A stretch of DNA of 64,000 nt, from positions 496,001 to 560,000 of the forward strand of contig NW_003314318.1 of NCBI RefSeq assembly GCF_000143415.4. The letters are read 5' to 3'. The stretch is from Selaginella moellendorffii (taxonomy: Eukaryota; Plantae; Lycopodiophyta). The first letter of the stretch is position 1, and every line of letters begins with the position of its first letter. Under the pieces are notes generated by a model that saw only the letters and a list, made by a program, of their open reading frames with translations, was not told where the DNA came from and did not search any database. Below are positions 60,251 to 64,000 of this stretch, piece after piece. Both the position numbers and the translations under genes were made by a program.

Positions 60251-61656
60251 TTAGTTTTTCTTCCTTGACTTTCTACCAGCCTTCCTTCTAGGCTTGCCAG
60301 ATTTTCCATTCTCCTGATAACAAAAAGGTTGGGATGCAAACACATCAAAACAACCAATACCTTCATGTAGCGTTTGTAGCCTTCTTTACCCATCATACGT
60401 TGTCCTTCGGCCGTGACATACACCTGAGATTTTGCCAATTATCATAACAGTACCAAAACCAAGAGAACGAAAAGTACCTTGCTACCACCCGATGTTAACC
60501 AATATCCTTTCCTTCCCGTCGTTCCTGTGCTGGCATTTTCTTGAAGGATCCGCGCATTGGAGTTTCCATTCTTCCGCTTATTGCCTCGAGTAGTCTTGCT
60601 CCTTGCTTGCGGCTGTGTTTGAACAGCGTCGAAATCCTTAGAACCAGCCGGGCCCGAGAACTTGGCTCTTACTGCACTGTTTCTTCCAAATTGCCCTCTG
60701 CAATTATTTTCAGTGTACGATCAGCTTCATCGAAGACAAAACCCGTACCTGTAGTCGATATATACAGGCTCTCCGCTGTTGCCTTGTTCGAGATCATCAA
60801 CAGATAAAAAGTGAGGAAATCTCTCGCGTCTGAGTTGAGCGGTCTGCATGTCTGTGGACGGAAAGGAGCTGCCTGGTTGTTCTTCGTACTCCTCATCAAG
60901 GTCTATACAGATCGTGTTGTCTCGGAACTCGTATAAGGGAGTCTTTGCTTTTTCGGTTCCCGAGCTTGAGCTTGCCTTTCCAGCTGACGACCAGTCGACG
61001 CCAGCAGTGGAAAATGTCGATGGCGGACTGGCGTACGTATTCTCTATCCCTTGGAACTTTACCTCCTTGGAACCAAGGCTGGTTTTCTTACATGTTACTC
61101 GGGAATGCAAAGCCGAAGGTAGAATTTCCTCGTTTGCTTCTCTTCTTTCATATACTGGAGGTGTTCTGACGGGCTTGAGCGCAGAGAACGATCTGGGATT
61201 ATACGACTGGGATTGAGATCCTACCAAAAAAAAAAAGAAAGAGAAAATCAAATAAGAAGTCCGTAGAGAAAGAAACTTACTATTTGGCTGTTCCTCTTCG
61301 GAAGAAAACTCCTCAATCTCGTCAGCACAACTTGTATCTGTAACAACACTTCTCGTCGACGGTGAGCACGTCTTCTCCTCAAAAACGCTCTTTGATGGTC
61401 CGCGACGAAGACGCTTCAAACTTCTCTTTGGAGTGGCTTCGACAAGATCAACACCACCATCGTCATCGGCCAGGAAAGAACTCTCATTTGTAGCAAATGA
61501 CGACCTAGCACCTGCTCTAGCGCTACCCGCATCATCCCTCCTTCCACTCACGCCCGCCGCTGGAGCGGCAGAAAAAAAATCGTCCAGCCCCAACGAGAAA
61601 GACGGCACCTGCGTCTCATCTAAGCCCAGAGAAAACGAGGGAGGCTCAAAATCCAT
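60251..61656 (-). CDS. Uncharacterised plant nuclear protein (MDFEPPSFSLGLD type), with a micro-exon
   Basis: Twice-repeated PSFSLGLD; LKRLRRGP; DEIEEFSS; YIDYR|GQFGRNSA|..GYWLTSGGSK|VYVTAEGQRMMGKEGYKRYMK|basic tail; GT-AG joins keep the frame. Confidence 0.7.
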
Positions 61657-61884
61657 CGCCCGCGACTCACAAATCCTGGAGATCTAAGCTGCCGCTACTC
61701 AATCCAGCCTAGAATCGCCCATAGTCGACTCACCGCATCGATCCCGCCCTCGCATTGCGCTCTGCAAACCCTAGCTCCCTCCACTTCTTGGGCGCGATAT
61801 TTGAAACAAAAGGGCTCTTAATATTTAACGAAGATTCACCCTACTCTGTTTTTAGGGCTCTTCACAATCTAACAAGAAATTATT

Positions 61885-64000
61885 CTACGAATCTTTTTGT
61901 AAAGAGGCGCGACCAGCGAAGTATTGCCTGTGAATCAATGAGAAGTAGACTCCCTTGTTCGTCTTCCTCTTCTTGGCTATGGTGTTAGTAGCGGCCATGG
62001 TGGCTTCTTCGTTCTCGTCTTCTCCTTCCTCCTCCATACCTTGCCATTGGAGGAGATCCTCGTGAGAGCCTTGCTCCACAACGCTACCGTCCTGGACCAC
62101 GGCTATGGAGTCGGCATTTTGGATCGTGGATAGCCTGTGAGCCACCACGATCGTCGTCCGGCTGGCCATTATCGTCTCTAGAGCCTGCTGGACGATCTCC
62201 TCCGACTCGGCGTCGAGAGCGCTCGTTGCCTCGTCCAGCAGGAGGATCGCCGGGTTCTTGAGGATGGCCCGCGCGATTGCGATGCGTTGCTTCTGCCCGC
62301 CGGAGAGCTGGAGACCTTTCTCGCCCGCGAACGTCGAGTAGCCATCCGGCAAAGCGCTGCAAAGTCGATTCTATCAGTGCCAAGTAAATGACGAAAAAGA
62401 ACGGAAGTCATGAAAACGAAAGCAAATCCCACGAAAACAAGAGAATCGCACAAGCAATATCAAAAGCAAATCCCACGAAAACAAGAGAAAGAAAGCACGG
62501 AAAAGTCTAGCACTAGGTGAAGAACACGAAGGCACGAGAACAAACATGAAGCATATCGTGAAAATATATGAAAGAATGGAAGTCATGAAAACGAAAACAA
62601 ACCTCATGAAAACAAGAGAAGCACACAAGCAATATCAAAAGCAAGGAAAAGTCTAGCACTAGCTGAAGAACACGAATACACGAAAACAGACATGAAGAAT
62701 ATAGTTGCTAGGAGTGTTGAAAGTTTACCTGATGAAGCTGTGAGCGTTTGCTGCTCGTGCTGCCTCCACCACTTCCGAATCACTCGCGTTCTCGGTCCCG
62801 TAAGCGATGTTCTCCCAGATACTTGTGGCAAACAGCGTCGGCTCCTGGCTCACAAGAGCAATCTGTCTTCTCAGCCACTTTAGACTCAATCCCCGGATGT
62901 CCCTGCCATCGATGGTAACCTTCCCACCAATCGGATCGTAAAACCTCTCGATCAGTCCGATGGCAGAGGACTTCCCGCAGCCGCTTTCGCCAACCAGTGC
63001 TACAGTCTGGCCAGCATTTACTCGCAGCCTGAAGTTTTTCAGCACGAGCAAGTCCGGCCTCGATGGGTACGCGAAGTAGACGTCGTAGAACTCGACGTCA
63101 CCTTTGAGAACCGGCACACACTTGGCAGAGTCCTTCTCTGCATCTATCTCTGTCTTCCTGTCCAAAATCTCAAACACGGACTTCACCGCTGAGACCCCCT
63201 TGGCAAGATCAGGACTGAGAGTTCCCGCTTCGGCTAAAACTCGTCCCGTGCTCACCAATATGAAAATCGTCTTCAAAACCGCACCAAACGTGCTCTCCCC
63301 GTGCTTCACCAGCAGGCCTCCATACCAAAAATCCAGCCCCCACGATGCGTAGAGAATAAACTGAGCTACTCCCAGGCTAAACCCCGCAATATGTGACCGC
63401 TTCATGGTCTCTCGAATCGGAACTTCGAGCTTCGACTTAAAAAACGCCAGAACCCGCTCCTGTGACGAGAATGCCGTGACTGTCCGGTGATGTGATACTG
63501 CCTCGCTTGCAATTTTGCAGGCTTCCCTCTGTGCTGCCGCAGTATTCTGAGCAAATCCTCGCAGACATATATTTTTCACGTAGTAGCAGAGGATGATGAG
63601 TGGTTGTATCGCTATTATCACCATGGCCAGCTTCCACGAAGTTATAAGCCCAACGATAAAGCTCACTGACGTTGCGCTTGCTGTCTGGACGAGTAGAGAA
63701 ATACGATCACCAACAAGTCCACGAACCTGCAACATGGTAAAGGAGGGTGAGAATAAATAGGAGAAACGTAAAAAAGAACTCACCATGCTTGCATCCGAAG
63801 CTAGTCTGGAGCACAAAGCACCAGTTGAGTTTTCTTCTCTATCGAACCAGCCGACTTCAAAACTGAGCATTGAAGCCAGCAACTTCTCACGTACCCTCTT
63901 TGTCAAGCTCTCGCCAAGTGCCGCAAAGCTGCAATGTTGCACAATGTTCACAATGAACGAAGCAACTCCCAGACCGAGGAAGGCGTAGACGTGAATTCGA
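61885..64000 (-). CDS. ABCB (P-glycoprotein/MDR) transporter, C-terminal TMD2-NBD2; gene continues beyond the window
   Basis: [68 protein letters not shown]. Confidence 0.96.
62398..62702. repeat. Imperfect direct duplication inside the last ABCB intron
   Basis: aagaa(c/t)ggaagtcatgaaaacgaaa...gcaatatcaaaagca...ggaaaagtctagcactag...gaagaacacgaa...catgaag at about 62398-62557 and 62572-62702. Confidence 0.85.

Overview
Gene-dense nuclear DNA from a land plant with a very compact genome (introns mostly about 50-70 nt, intergenic gaps often under 300 nt). Long arrays of 31-aa PPR repeats suggest a lycophyte such as Selaginella; this is an inference. About 26 intact or near-intact protein genes were recognised: VPE/legumain, DUF3531, HHL1, prolyl-tRNA synthetase, BAHD acyltransferase, two PLS-class PPRs (one frameshifted), a bacterial-type YnfA, a plastid dual-specificity phosphatase, MCTP, an AsmA-like protein, TIM9, VAP/MSP, PEX12, BASS, an agglutinin-aerolysin protein, a catalytically dead papain, SCAI, a spliced microprotein, a NOL11-like protein, AWPM-19, importin-5, an SDR, a BLT-like coiled-coil protein, an uncharacterised PSFSLG protein and the 3' part of an ABCB transporter. 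Non-coding features: a snoRNA cluster at 4.29-4.59 kb whose first RNA has the m1/m2 motifs and fold of U17/snR30, a decaying tandem array of tRNA-Gly(TCC), a 67-bp higher-order tandem repeat and a MITE. There is also an AT-rich island (about 31.6-38.9 kb) carrying a broken DUF1639-like fragment, two decayed kinase-like paralogues, and recurrent TTGAC/GTCAA clusters at gene 3' ends. Exon boundaries were read by eye and no database searches were run.
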